Shown here: positions 46,689 through 54,735 of the stretch, piece by piece | How the letters are laid out: each line of letters opens with the position of its first letter | Numbering within the stretch: position 1 is the first letter of the stretch | Assembly (NCBI GenBank): GCA_964493695.1 | Contig: CAZBPG010000004.1 | Coordinates: 40,466 to 104,465, forward strand | DNA length: 64,000 bases | Direction: 5' to 3' | From: an uncultured Chitinophaga sp. | GTDB taxonomy: Bacteria; Bacteroidota; Bacteroidia; Chitinophagales; LD1 | Notes under the pieces: model-generated | What the model saw: the letters and a program-made list of their open reading frames with translations, nothing else | Told to the model about the DNA's origin: nothing | The model's database searches: none | Program-made: the position numbers and the translations under genes

Positions 46689-47084
46689 TTATTTAGTTCC
46701 TGTAAAAGAGTAGTTCTGTGTAGTTTGCCCGGGTTGTGTGGCAGTGCCGTTAAGTATCAACTCGTTACCATCACGGTTTCCTGCTCCGGCAAAATGCCAG
46801 GTTCCAGGTAAGCCAACTATAGTTCCATCTTCGTCTACAACGAGAGATGAGGTTGATTTAAGTTTACCATTCGCAACAGTTGCGTAAGTTGAATACGAAC
46901 CCAAAAGGTTTGACTGCAGTTCGAGTTTGATAACCTTGTCGCTTACTTTAGTAATTACTACACGATTGAAAAAGCTTCCTGATACACCAGTATAAGTGCC
47001 CATCCAGTCAGTAGCTAAATCTTTTTGGCACGATGAAAGTGCAAATACGAACAATGTTGCGATGATTAGAAGTTTAGTCTTCAT
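46689..47084 (-). CDS. Small lipoprotein (131 aa), function unknown
   Basis: Lipobox-like signal MKTKLLIIATLFVFALSSC, then a beta-rich sequence. Confidence 0.65.
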   Translation of the reverse strand: MKTKLLIIATLFVFALSSCQKDLATDWMGTYTGVSGSFFNRVVITKVSDKVIKLELQSNLLGSYSTYATVANGKLKSTSSLVVDEDGTIVGLPGTWHFAGAGNRDGNELILNGTATQPGQTTQNYSFTGTK

Positions 47085-47136
47085 GTTGTTTAATTTTTGT
47101 GTAAAAATAAAAAAGAATGAGGCAAGAAGTTTACTC

Positions 47137-47982
47137 TTAAAACCTTGAAAGATTCACAAACCTCTTGCTCAAAAAATCAAGGATAATGGCATTCACTACT
47201 CCGGACTTCTCCTTTTGAGGATAGTGTTTGGTTCCCGGTATTACAGCCAGATAACCCCGCTGAACGTTTTCAAACATCTCACTGGTGTGGCTCTGCTTGA
47301 TAATGTCATGGTCTCCGGTCATAAACAAAGCAGGGCATTTTATTTTCTTCAAATCACCCACCGTCAAATTGGGCTCGGTAAGCAACATGGTTTTCATACG
47401 CTCGGTAAACGGAATAAGTAATTTATCGTTTGGCCATCCCCGAAAATTGTTACGAACAAACGAATAAACCTTGTCCGAATCCCAGGCTTTAACTTTTTCC
47501 AAAACCTCGTGATACACCACACTCGTATCAACTTTATAGTTAGCGCCTATGGCTACCAGTTTGCGCACACGTTCGGGATGATCAATCGCCAGATACAAAC
47601 CGATAATACCTCCGTCTCCAAAGCCTACAATATGAGCGCTGTCAATCTTCAATACGTTCATCAGCGCCCGCACATCTTCACTCATTAAATAATAATCAAG
47701 TTTTTTATCGGTGAAAGTGGATTTGCCGTGACCACGGTTATCCATAGTAACCACCCGGTAACGTTTCGAAAACTCCGGAATCTGTTTTTCCCAATCTGTC
47801 ATACATTCCATAGAACCGTGCAGAAGAATCAAATAGTCGCCACCGGTACCGTAAATCTTGTAGTGAATTTTTACATCATTGATGTTAGCATACTGTCCTT
47901 TCACCGTATCCATAGCCATTTGCGAAAATGCAGCCGTTATGGACATTAGAAACAAAAGAAAGAGGGTAGTTTTCCGAAGCAT
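47137..47982 (-). CDS. Secreted alpha/beta-hydrolase-fold protein with Gly at the nucleophile position
   Basis: Signal peptide, HG oxyanion motif (ILLHGSMEC), nucleophile elbow AHIVGFGDGG (Gly where Ser is expected), then GDHD and GTKHYPQ acid/His regions. Confidence 0.8.
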   Translation of the reverse strand: MLRKTTLFLLFLMSITAAFSQMAMDTVKGQYANINDVKIHYKIYGTGGDYLILLHGSMECMTDWEKQIPEFSKRYRVVTMDNRGHGKSTFTDKKLDYYLMSEDVRALMNVLKIDSAHIVGFGDGGIIGLYLAIDHPERVRKLVAIGANYKVDTSVVYHEVLEKVKAWDSDKVYSFVRNNFRGWPNDKLLIPFTERMKTMLLTEPNLTVGDLKKIKCPALFMTGDHDIIKQSHTSEMFENVQRGYLAVIPGTKHYPQKEKSGVVNAIILDFLSKRFVNLSRF

Positions 47983-48022
47983 GTTTTAGATTATTTCGCG
48001 CGAATATAAGCTTTATGACGTT

Positions 48023-48051
48023 TTGCCTTCTTTCGTTTTTGAGTAGGTTTG
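48023..48051 (+). promoter_or_regulatory. Candidate Bacteroidota sigma-A-type promoter (-33 TTG / -7 TAnnTTTG) for cca
   Basis: TTG at 48023-48025 and an exact TAGGTTTG at 48044-48051, with 18 nt between them. The annotated GTG start is only 5 nt downstream, so either the mRNA is near-leaderless or this call is wrong. Confidence 0.3.
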
Positions 48052-48055
48052 GCAC

Positions 48056-49474
48056 GTGAAGAATAAGTTCGATTTATCGCATCCGGTTTTCAAATTCATC
48101 TCCGAAGCTGCCGCTGATTTAAACAGCGAAACCTATGCAGTGGGTGGCTGGGTGCGCGACCAAATGCTGAGCAGAACCTGCAAAGACATTGATTTTGTTT
48201 GCGTGGGTAGTGGTATTGAACTCGCACAAAAAGCTGCAGAGAAAATTGATAGAAGCCTTCACGTCAGCTATTTCAAAAATTTTGGCACCGCACAATTTCG
48301 CTGGAACGATTTGGATTTGGAATTTGTGGGAGCACGCAAAGAAAGTTACGACCGCAATTCCCGCAAACCCATCGTTGAAGACGGCACTCTCGAAGACGAC
48401 CAGAACCGGAGAGATTTTACCATTAACGCTATGGCAATTTCGCTCAATAAAGATTCTTTTGGCGAATTGCTCGACCCTTTCAACGGAGTAAAGGATTTAG
48501 AAGACAAGCTCATCCGCACTCCGCTCGACCCGGATGTTACTTTCAGCGATGACCCTTTGCGCATGATGCGGGCCATCCGTTTTGCTACACAGCTCGATTT
48601 CAAAATCATTGCTGAAACCTTTGATGCCATTAAACGAAACAAAGAGCGCATTAAAATAATCTCGCAGGAAAGGATTACGGATGAACTGAACAAAATCATA
48701 CTTGCTAAAACCCCGAGCATTGGTTTTATTCTGCTGGAAGAATGTGGCCTGTTGGAAATCATCTTCCCTGAATTTCAGAAATTGAAAGGAGTAGAAAATT
48801 ACGAAGGCAAAGGGCACAAGGATAATTTCTACCACACACTGCAAGTGCTGGATAACATCACCAAGACCACCAACGATTTGTGGTTACGCTGGGCGGCAGT
48901 ATTGCATGATATCGCCAAACCGCCAACCAAAAAATTTGTAGAAGGCACTGGCTGGACATTCCACGGACACGAAGTGCTCGGTAGTAAATGGGTGCCGAAG
49001 ATTTTCGGACGAATGAAATTACCTATGGGCAACGAAATGAAATTCGTTCGCAAAATGGTTTATCTGCATTTACGCCCTATTGCGTTGACAAAGGAAGAAA
49101 TCACAGATTCTGCCTTGCGCAGATTATTGTTCGAGGCCGGTGACGACATTGAGAATCTATTAATGCTCTGCGAAGCTGACATCACTTCCAAGAACCGGGA
49201 AAAAGTAAAACGCTACCTCACCAGGTTTGAGGAAGTGCGTGAGAAACTGAAGCAGGTGGAAGAGAAAGACCAGGTGCGCAACTTTCAGCCACCGGTAACC
49301 GGTGAGCTGATTATGGAAACCTTCGGCATTGGTCCTTCACGGGAAATAGGCGTAATTAAAGAAGAAATAAAGGAAGCCATCCTCGAAGGAAAAATACGCA
49401 ACGACTACAACGAAGCATTTCAGATGATGCTGGAACTGGGCGAGAAATTAGGACTGAAAAAAATTACGAATTAA
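48056..49474 (+). CDS. cca: CCA-adding tRNA nucleotidyltransferase / poly(A) polymerase family protein with HD domain
   Basis: VGGWVRD and DIDF nucleotidyltransferase head motifs, RRDFTINA, and an HD region (HDIAKP...HGHE). 472 aa with a GTG start. Confidence 0.82.
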   Translation: MKNKFDLSHPVFKFISEAAADLNSETYAVGGWVRDQMLSRTCKDIDFVCVGSGIELAQKAAEKIDRSLHVSYFKNFGTAQFRWNDLDLEFVGARKESYDRNSRKPIVEDGTLEDDQNRRDFTINAMAISLNKDSFGELLDPFNGVKDLEDKLIRTPLDPDVTFSDDPLRMMRAIRFATQLDFKIIAETFDAIKRNKERIKIISQERITDELNKIILAKTPSIGFILLEECGLLEIIFPEFQKLKGVENYEGKGHKDNFYHTLQVLDNITKTTNDLWLRWAAVLHDIAKPPTKKFVEGTGWTFHGHEVLGSKWVPKIFGRMKLPMGNEMKFVRKMVYLHLRPIALTKEEITDSALRRLLFEAGDDIENLLMLCEADITSKNREKVKRYLTRFEEVREKLKQVEEKDQVRNFQPPVTGELIMETFGIGPSREIGVIKEEIKEAILEGKIRNDYNEAFQMMLELGEKLGLKKITN

Positions 49475-49503
49475 ACCTTCGCGCCTCTGCGCCTCTGCGT
49501 GAA

Positions 49504-50451
49504 ATGAATTCCAATTCCAATTCCAATTCCAAATTCCAAATTCCAAATTCCAAATTTCTGGTTGTTATCTGCGGCCCTACTGCTATCGGCAAAACTTCTC
49601 TTGCAATTGATTTAGCGAAGAATTACAATTCCGAAATCATCTCTGCCGATTCACGCCAGTTCTATCGCGAAATGAACATCGGCACAGCAAAACCAACGGA
49701 AGAACAACTCGCGCAAGTGCCTCACCACTTCATCAACAACATTTCTATCCACACCAAAAACTACAGTGCAGGTAAGTATGAGTTTGAAGTGCTGGAATTT
49801 CTCGAGAAGTATTTTCGGGAGAAAGATATAGCAGTGATGGTTGGCGGCTCCGGTCTTTTTATCAACGCGGTTTGCAGCGGCTTCGACAAATTTGAAAAAG
49901 AAGACGATAGCCAGCTATGGGTTACCCGCAGGTTCCTCAACGAAAAAAATCTGGAATGGCTGCAGGCAGAAGTAGAGCGCTTAGACCCCGAATACTTCGC
50001 CATTGTTGACAAAAAGAACCCAATGCGTCTCAAACGAGCCCTCGAAATAATTTACACCACCGGTAAAAAATATTCTGAGCAGCGCATCGGAAAAAAAACA
50101 GAACGACCTTTCAACATCATTAAAATCGGCTTGACCCTGCCGCGCGAAATTCTCAACGAACGAATCAACAACCGGGTTGATGAGATGATGAAAACAGGTT
50201 TGCTGGAAGAAGTAAAGCAACTCTACCTCCACAAAAAACTTCACACACTAAACACCGTTGGCTATACCGAACTGTTCGATTTCATCGAAGACAAAATTTC
50301 TTTAGAAGATGCGGTTGCCCTTATCAAACAAAACACGCGCAATTACGCCAAGCGGCAAATGACCTGGTTCAAAAAAGATGACGGTATTAAATGGTTTCAA
50401 CCGGAGCAGAAAGAAGAAATAACCGAATACATCAATTCAAAAATCCAATAG
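49504..50451 (+). CDS. miaA: tRNA dimethylallyltransferase
   Basis: P-loop VVICGPTAIGKTS, plus SADSRQFYREMNIGTAKP and a typical MiaA C-terminal half. The only in-frame ATG precedes the microsatellite. Confidence 0.9.
   Translation: MNSNSNSNSKFQIPNSKFLVVICGPTAIGKTSLAIDLAKNYNSEIISADSRQFYREMNIGTAKPTEEQLAQVPHHFINNISIHTKNYSAGKYEFEVLEFLEKYFREKDIAVMVGGSGLFINAVCSGFDKFEKEDDSQLWVTRRFLNEKNLEWLQAEVERLDPEYFAIVDKKNPMRLKRALEIIYTTGKKYSEQRIGKKTERPFNIIKIGLTLPREILNERINNRVDEMMKTGLLEEVKQLYLHKKLHTLNTVGYTELFDFIEDKISLEDAVALIKQNTRNYAKRQMTWFKKDDGIKWFQPEQKEEITEYINSKIQ
49507..49551 (+). repeat. Compound microsatellite (AATTCC)4(AAATTCC)3 inside the first 16 codons of miaA
   Basis: Read directly from the sequence: ATG aattcc aattcc aattcc aattcc aaattcc aaattcc aaattcc aaatttctg. 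It encodes NSNSNSNSKFQIPNSKF. A tandem octamer CGCCTCTG x2 lies just upstream at 49483-49498. Confidence 0.9.
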
Positions 50452-50549
50452 AACGCTGATTTAGATTATTATCATTATTTAGGAATGATTTCAAATCAGC
50501 ATTCATCATGACAATAATGATAATAAGCGTTCCATTGTATTCATCATGA
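50451..50549 (+). promoter_or_regulatory. Structured leader with a 13-codon uORF overlapping the MFS start codon
   Basis: GAACGC (50451-50456) pairs with GCGTTC (50527-50532), and TTATTATCATTATT (50466-50479) pairs with AATAATGATAATAA (50513-50526). The uORF ATG at 50508 encodes MTIMIISVPLYSS, and its TGA (50547-50549) overlaps ATG 50546 (ATGA). The context ATTCATCATGA is duplicated at both ATGs. Confidence 0.45.
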
Positions 50550-51787
50550 AAGCTGCACTCTCCAAATACTTCTCCATTCCCCGCGTAATCATCAACCTGA
50601 TGATGGCAGATGTCTTTCTGCAACTCATCAACTCGGCATTTACTATGCTGCTCAATTACATGATGCTCGACTACGGCTTCAAAGATTTTGAAATCGCCAG
50701 TATGATTGGCAACCGGTATCTTACGGTGTTGCTTTGCGCAGTTCCGCTGGCGCTTATTGCAAAAGGCAAAAAACTAAAACCTTTTATGATGGCCGGAGGC
50801 ATCTCCTCTCCCATTGTTGCCCTGCTTTTAATTTTCGGTATTCACACGCACAACACCGAACTCATTCGCATACTCATGGCATTGTGGGGAGTTACCTTTT
50901 CCCTCTTGCAAATTCTCGTAATGCCGTACATCCTCCTCAACGGAAGCAAAGAGCACGAAACCGAAAGCATTGCCCTCTTCTTCAGTGCCGGAAACTTCAC
51001 CACCATCTTTGTAGGTGTGCTAAGCTTCTGCCTTCCTTTGCTTACTACATTTTTCTCTACCGAAGTTCTCCTCATTTTCTATTCTTTGCTTGGCTTGCTG
51101 GGCATTTACTTTATCAGGAAACTTCCCGACACCGAAAACCTCGGCACGCGCATTCCGCTAACCAGTATGCATTCTGACTATGACTGGAATTTAATTCTTC
51201 AGGCGGTCATCCCCACCTTCATTATTGCGCTCGGTGCAGGCTTCACCATACCGGTCATCAATCTTTTCTTTCACGATGTGCACGGCATGCAGGCGCCCGC
51301 CTTTTCGCTCATGAACTCTGTTGCCTTTACACTTGTGGCTGTCTCTGCGCTGGCTATTCCTGAAATAAAAAGGCGCTTCGGTTATCAGGTCGCCATCACC
51401 CTCATGCAATCGCTCGCAGTGGTTTTTCTCTTCATCATGGGCACTACCGAATGGTATAATCACACTTCTATCGGAATACTTATTGCCGTTGTCACTTTTA
51501 CGCTGCGGCAGCCGCTCATGAATATGGCCGGACCAATGACCAGCGAACTCACTTTAAATTATGTGGGTGAGCGCAACCGCGAAATGATTTCCGCCATCAA
51601 CGCATCCATCTGGAGCGGCTGCTGGTTCGTGAGTGCAAAAATATTTTCGGTTCTCCGCGAAGCCGGTGTGGCTTACAGCAACATCATCTTTATTACCGTT
51701 GCGCTCTACATTATCGGAGTGGTGTGGTACTGGGGCTTGATAAGGGCGCATGAGAAAAATCACCCCCAACCCCCTAAAGGGGGCTAA
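50546..51787 (+). CDS. MFS-type transporter
   Basis: 413 aa with roughly 12 hydrophobic helices in two halves. The last 8 codons (HPQPPKGG) plus the stop are encoded by a CCCCTAAAGGGG-family element. Confidence 0.78.
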   Translation: MKAALSKYFSIPRVIINLMMADVFLQLINSAFTMLLNYMMLDYGFKDFEIASMIGNRYLTVLLCAVPLALIAKGKKLKPFMMAGGISSPIVALLLIFGIHTHNTELIRILMALWGVTFSLLQILVMPYILLNGSKEHETESIALFFSAGNFTTIFVGVLSFCLPLLTTFFSTEVLLIFYSLLGLLGIYFIRKLPDTENLGTRIPLTSMHSDYDWNLILQAVIPTFIIALGAGFTIPVINLFFHDVHGMQAPAFSLMNSVAFTLVAVSALAIPEIKRRFGYQVAITLMQSLAVVFLFIMGTTEWYNHTSIGILIAVVTFTLRQPLMNMAGPMTSELTLNYVGERNREMISAINASIWSGCWFVSAKIFSVLREAGVAYSNIIFITVALYIIGVVWYWGLIRAHEKNHPQPPKGG

Positions 51788-51790
51788 CAG
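51761..51790. repeat. CCCCTAAAGGGG-family element overlapping the MFS gene 3' end
   Basis: CACCCCCAACCCCCTAAAGGGGGCTAACAG. Confidence 0.75.
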
Positions 51791-51919
51791 TCAACCGCTT
51801 CAACTTTCAATTTCTGCATTTCAAATTCTGCTTACTGCGCTTTAGTATAAGAGGCTAAAATATTTTCCGGCATTTCGCGTCATCCGTAGCAAACGATTCA
51901 ATAATTAAACCAAACCATT

Positions 51920-52471
51920 ATGTTAGTTCTTATCTTCTTCCTCGGTGTAGTTAGCTGGACGCTCACCGAATATCTTCTTCATCGTTTTTTGGGACATGAG
52001 CATAAAGGCAAAAATTTCTTTAAGGCAGAACATGTGCTTCATCATTCTAAAGCAAATTACTTTGCTCCGGTTTACAAGAAAGTGATTTTAGCGCTGACGG
52101 TATCTGTATCTATGGTGGCTTTAATAAACCTGTTTACTTCCATGCAAACAGCGGTGGCATTTGTTCTCGGCTTTTTGACCATGTATATACTTTATGAGGC
52201 AACGCATGCACGTTTTCACCGCAAAGAGCCAATTGCGAGGCCGTTTATTATTTTAAGAAAGCACCATTTCTATCATCACTTCCATAACCCTAAAACAAAT
52301 CATGGGGTTACCACCCGCTTTTGGGATAGAGTGTTCGGAACATTTGTGCGGGTGGAGCAGGTAAAAGTTCCCAGGCAAATGAGTATGCAATGGCTTGTAG
52401 AAGACGATGAGATAAAAGACGTTTACGCCAAGCACTTCAGATTCACCCCCAACCACCTAAAGGGGGCTTAA
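51920..52471 (+). CDS. Fatty-acid hydroxylase / sterol desaturase superfamily membrane protein
   Basis: Histidine boxes HRFLGHEH, HVLHH and HHFYHHFH, with WDRVFGT. 183 aa with hydrophobic helices. The C-terminal TPNHLKGA plus stop are encoded by a repeat element. Confidence 0.75.
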   Translation: MLVLIFFLGVVSWTLTEYLLHRFLGHEHKGKNFFKAEHVLHHSKANYFAPVYKKVILALTVSVSMVALINLFTSMQTAVAFVLGFLTMYILYEATHARFHRKEPIARPFIILRKHHFYHHFHNPKTNHGVTTRFWDRVFGTFVRVEQVKVPRQMSMQWLVEDDEIKDVYAKHFRFTPNHLKGA

Positions 52472-52600
52472 AGGCAACCCCAAACCCCTAAAGGGGCTTT
52501 AATACAAAATACAAATCCGTTACTGTTGGCTGCTAAGTCCCCTTTACCTTGCTCCGCCAAAGGGCTTCGCGAAGGCGGGGAGGGATTTAGGGGTCGGGGT
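52444..52600. repeat. Cluster of three CCCCTAAAGGGG-family elements (two direct, one inverted carrying a nested GC-rich hairpin)
   Basis: The direct copies are CACCCCCAACCACCTAAAGGGGGCTTAA (52444-52471) and AACCCCAAACCCCTAAAGGGGCTTTAA (52475-52501). The inverted copy is TAAGTCCCCTTTACC[TTGCTCCGCCAAAGGGCTTCGCGAAGGCGGGGAG]GGATTTAGGGGTCGGGGT, ending at 52599. Confidence 0.75.
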
Positions 52601-53911
52601 TTATTCCTGCAACACCATCTTCACAGTCTTGTTCTTCAGTTTATGCCCGCGCACTTTATCGAGCACGGCTAAAACCTTATTGCGCTTTACGGCTACGTAG
52701 GCAATGTAATCCTGCACTTCAATCAGGCCGAGTTCTTCTTTCAGCAATCCGCCTTTTTGTATCAGGAAACCAACGATGTCAATCTTGTTCACCTTATCCT
52801 TCTTACCGGCACTGATGTAAATAGTAGCCCAGTCGCTTGGAGCGGGGAAGGTATATTTCGTGGGCAGTTCCATCTCCGTTGCTGCATCTTTAATAAACGG
52901 AGGAATAAACTCCTCTTCACTCAAAATTAAATAGGCCGTTCCCTCCGCGTGCATACGTGCGGTGCGGCCGTTGCGGTGCGTGTATGTTTCCAGTGTGTTC
53001 GGCAACTGATAATGGATAACGTGCCGGATGGCAGGAATATCCAACCCCCGCGAAGCAAGGTCGGTGGTAATCAGTATCTGGTTGCTGCCGTTGCGGAACT
53101 TCACCAGCGCCAACTGACGTTCGTCCTGCTCCAGCTTACCGTGATACACGTCATGAATCACTCCGCAGTTGTGCAGCAGCGCACTGATGCGGTCTACCGC
53201 ATCGCGGTGATTGCAAAACACCAGCGTGGTTTCGTTGCCAATCTTTGCCAGCAGCGCCATCAGTGCTTTCAGCTTATCGTTCTCCTCTGCACGCACCGTC
53301 TTCAGCGCCAGGTGCAGAGTAACATGGCCTTTCAGAAAATTAATTTCCTCCGGTTGCTCCAAACCGGCAAACGCAGGAATCTCCACGCCCCTCGTAGCCG
53401 AAGTGAGGATGCGCTTGTTCAGGTTCGGCAGATGGCGGATTATAAATTCCATCTCTTTCTGAAACCCGAACTCCAGCGATTTATCAAACTCATCCAGCAC
53501 CAGCGTCTTCACCATCTTCGTGTCGAAGGTTTCGCGCTCAATGTGATACATAATGCGCCCCGGTGTGCCTACCAGCACCGCAGGCGGATGCATGAAATTA
53601 TTCCGCTCCACCTTGGTATCGTGCCCGCCATAACAGCAATTAATTTTAAAGCCCGTGCCCATTGATTTGAATACATTCTCTATCTGCATAGCAAGTTCGC
53701 GGCTGGGGACCAATATTAATGCCTGCACTCCCGCTACATCGTTTTTGAGGAACGAAAGTATGGGTAACAAAAACGCTAAGGTTTTGCCCGAACCGGTTGG
53801 GCTCAGCAGCACTATATCTTGTCCTTTGCGCGTTTCAGCAGCTTCCAAAACGGCTTGCTGCATTTGGTTGAGGGCTTCTATTTTAAGGTTGGCGAGTATT
53901 TTCTGTATCAT
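52601..53911 (-). CDS. dbpA: DEAD-box ATP-dependent RNA helicase with DbpA-type C-terminal RNA-binding domain
   Basis: Motifs SPTGSGKT, PSRELA, VLDEFD (DEFD variant of DEAD), SAT, ARGLDIP and HRNGRTAR. The C-terminal ~75 aa (IYISAGKKDKVNKIDIVGFLIQKGGL...EVQDYIAYVAV) match the DbpA-type domain. Confidence 0.85.
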   Translation of the reverse strand: MIQKILANLKIEALNQMQQAVLEAAETRKGQDIVLLSPTGSGKTLAFLLPILSFLKNDVAGVQALILVPSRELAMQIENVFKSMGTGFKINCCYGGHDTKVERNNFMHPPAVLVGTPGRIMYHIERETFDTKMVKTLVLDEFDKSLEFGFQKEMEFIIRHLPNLNKRILTSATRGVEIPAFAGLEQPEEINFLKGHVTLHLALKTVRAEENDKLKALMALLAKIGNETTLVFCNHRDAVDRISALLHNCGVIHDVYHGKLEQDERQLALVKFRNGSNQILITTDLASRGLDIPAIRHVIHYQLPNTLETYTHRNGRTARMHAEGTAYLILSEEEFIPPFIKDAATEMELPTKYTFPAPSDWATIYISAGKKDKVNKIDIVGFLIQKGGLLKEELGLIEVQDYIAYVAVKRNKVLAVLDKVRGHKLKNKTVKMVLQE

Positions 53912-54036
53912 GTAACGGGGCGCGAAGGTAGTTTTTAATGGAGGAGGGTTGTGATTGAGTGATGGGGGAGTTTTGGTTTCAGCATGTGGGGTTTTGTTCC
54001 CCCCGTTTTTAAATTCGGATTATGTCCGGTGGTCTA

Positions 54037-54060
54037 TGGCACGAGCGGACGCTCGCGCCA
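54037..54060. terminator. GC-rich hairpin downstream of the cyclase gene
   Basis: TGGCACGAGCG, loop GA, CGCTCGCGCCA: an 11-bp stem with one mismatch, 43 nt after the cyclase stop. CTCGCGCCAG is repeated immediately after. Confidence 0.35.
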
Positions 54061-54102
54061 GAGGAGCTCGCGCCAGTGGGTGCTGCTTGGCTTACGTTGC
54101 AG

Positions 54103-54735
54103 TTAGCCCCAATATGACTCCTTGGATTTTCCTTCAATCCAAACATCGCCTAAATTCATTTTGTAACAGATGTATTTCCCTTCTCCTGGTTTGCCCTTTA
54201 CCTCACTATAGCCAATGTCATAGCAGTAATCTTTTAGACCCATTGCAAAAGCGTTGGGTCCAACTAAGCATCTGTTGCCTTTCTCACGCGCTGATGTTAT
54301 ACGGGATGCATAATTAATTGCCTCACCTATGAAAAACTTTTGCACACCCAAGAAATTACTACTGATTTCTGAAACATCCAGGTATCCATACTCAATCCCA
54401 ATTTTTACTGACACACCTTTAGGCGCAAATGGAAATGCTGTTGAATTATTTGAAAGGTATTCGCATTGTTTGTCAATATCCTTCGCTATTTCAACACAGG
54501 CTTTAAACACATCTTCTGGGTTTACGATGATTCCCAACAAAGCATCTCCCATAAATCCGACTACATCACCTCCATTATTTTCGATTGCTCTGATGCTTCC
54601 ATATAGCACGTCTCGGATGAATTGCGCTATTAGATTTTTGTCAGGGTTAGCCACCATCCTTGTAAAGCCGTTAATGTCAAGGATTATTGCGAAAGCAGTA
54701 ATGCCTTTATGTTTCGGTATTTGAATTGGGCTCAC
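54103..54735 (-). CDS. Minimal stand-alone class III nucleotidyl (adenylyl/guanylyl-type) cyclase domain protein, 210 aa
   Basis: AIILDINGFT and FMGDALLG (the two metal-binding Asp), VKIGIEYG, GEAINYASRI (Asn/Arg pair) and SEVKGKPGEGKYICYKM. The start is GTG 54735, and the frame opens only 7 codons upstream. Confidence 0.8.
   Translation of the reverse strand: MSPIQIPKHKGITAFAIILDINGFTRMVANPDKNLIAQFIRDVLYGSIRAIENNGGDVVGFMGDALLGIIVNPEDVFKACVEIAKDIDKQCEYLSNNSTAFPFAPKGVSVKIGIEYGYLDVSEISSNFLGVQKFFIGEAINYASRITSAREKGNRCLVGPNAFAMGLKDYCYDIGYSEVKGKPGEGKYICYKMNLGDVWIEGKSKESYWG

Noticed and set aside
52949-53665. A 238-aa plus-strand ORF inside the DEAD-box helicase gene
   Set aside because: It is antisense to a gene with all helicase motifs in order. 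Its translation is Arg/His/Gln-rich with no recognisable domain.
53955-54317. A 120-aa plus-strand ORF spanning the helicase/cyclase spacer
   Set aside because: It runs through the GC-rich hairpin repeat (translated as ARADARARGARAS) and then antisense into the cyclase 3' end. It has no coding signature.
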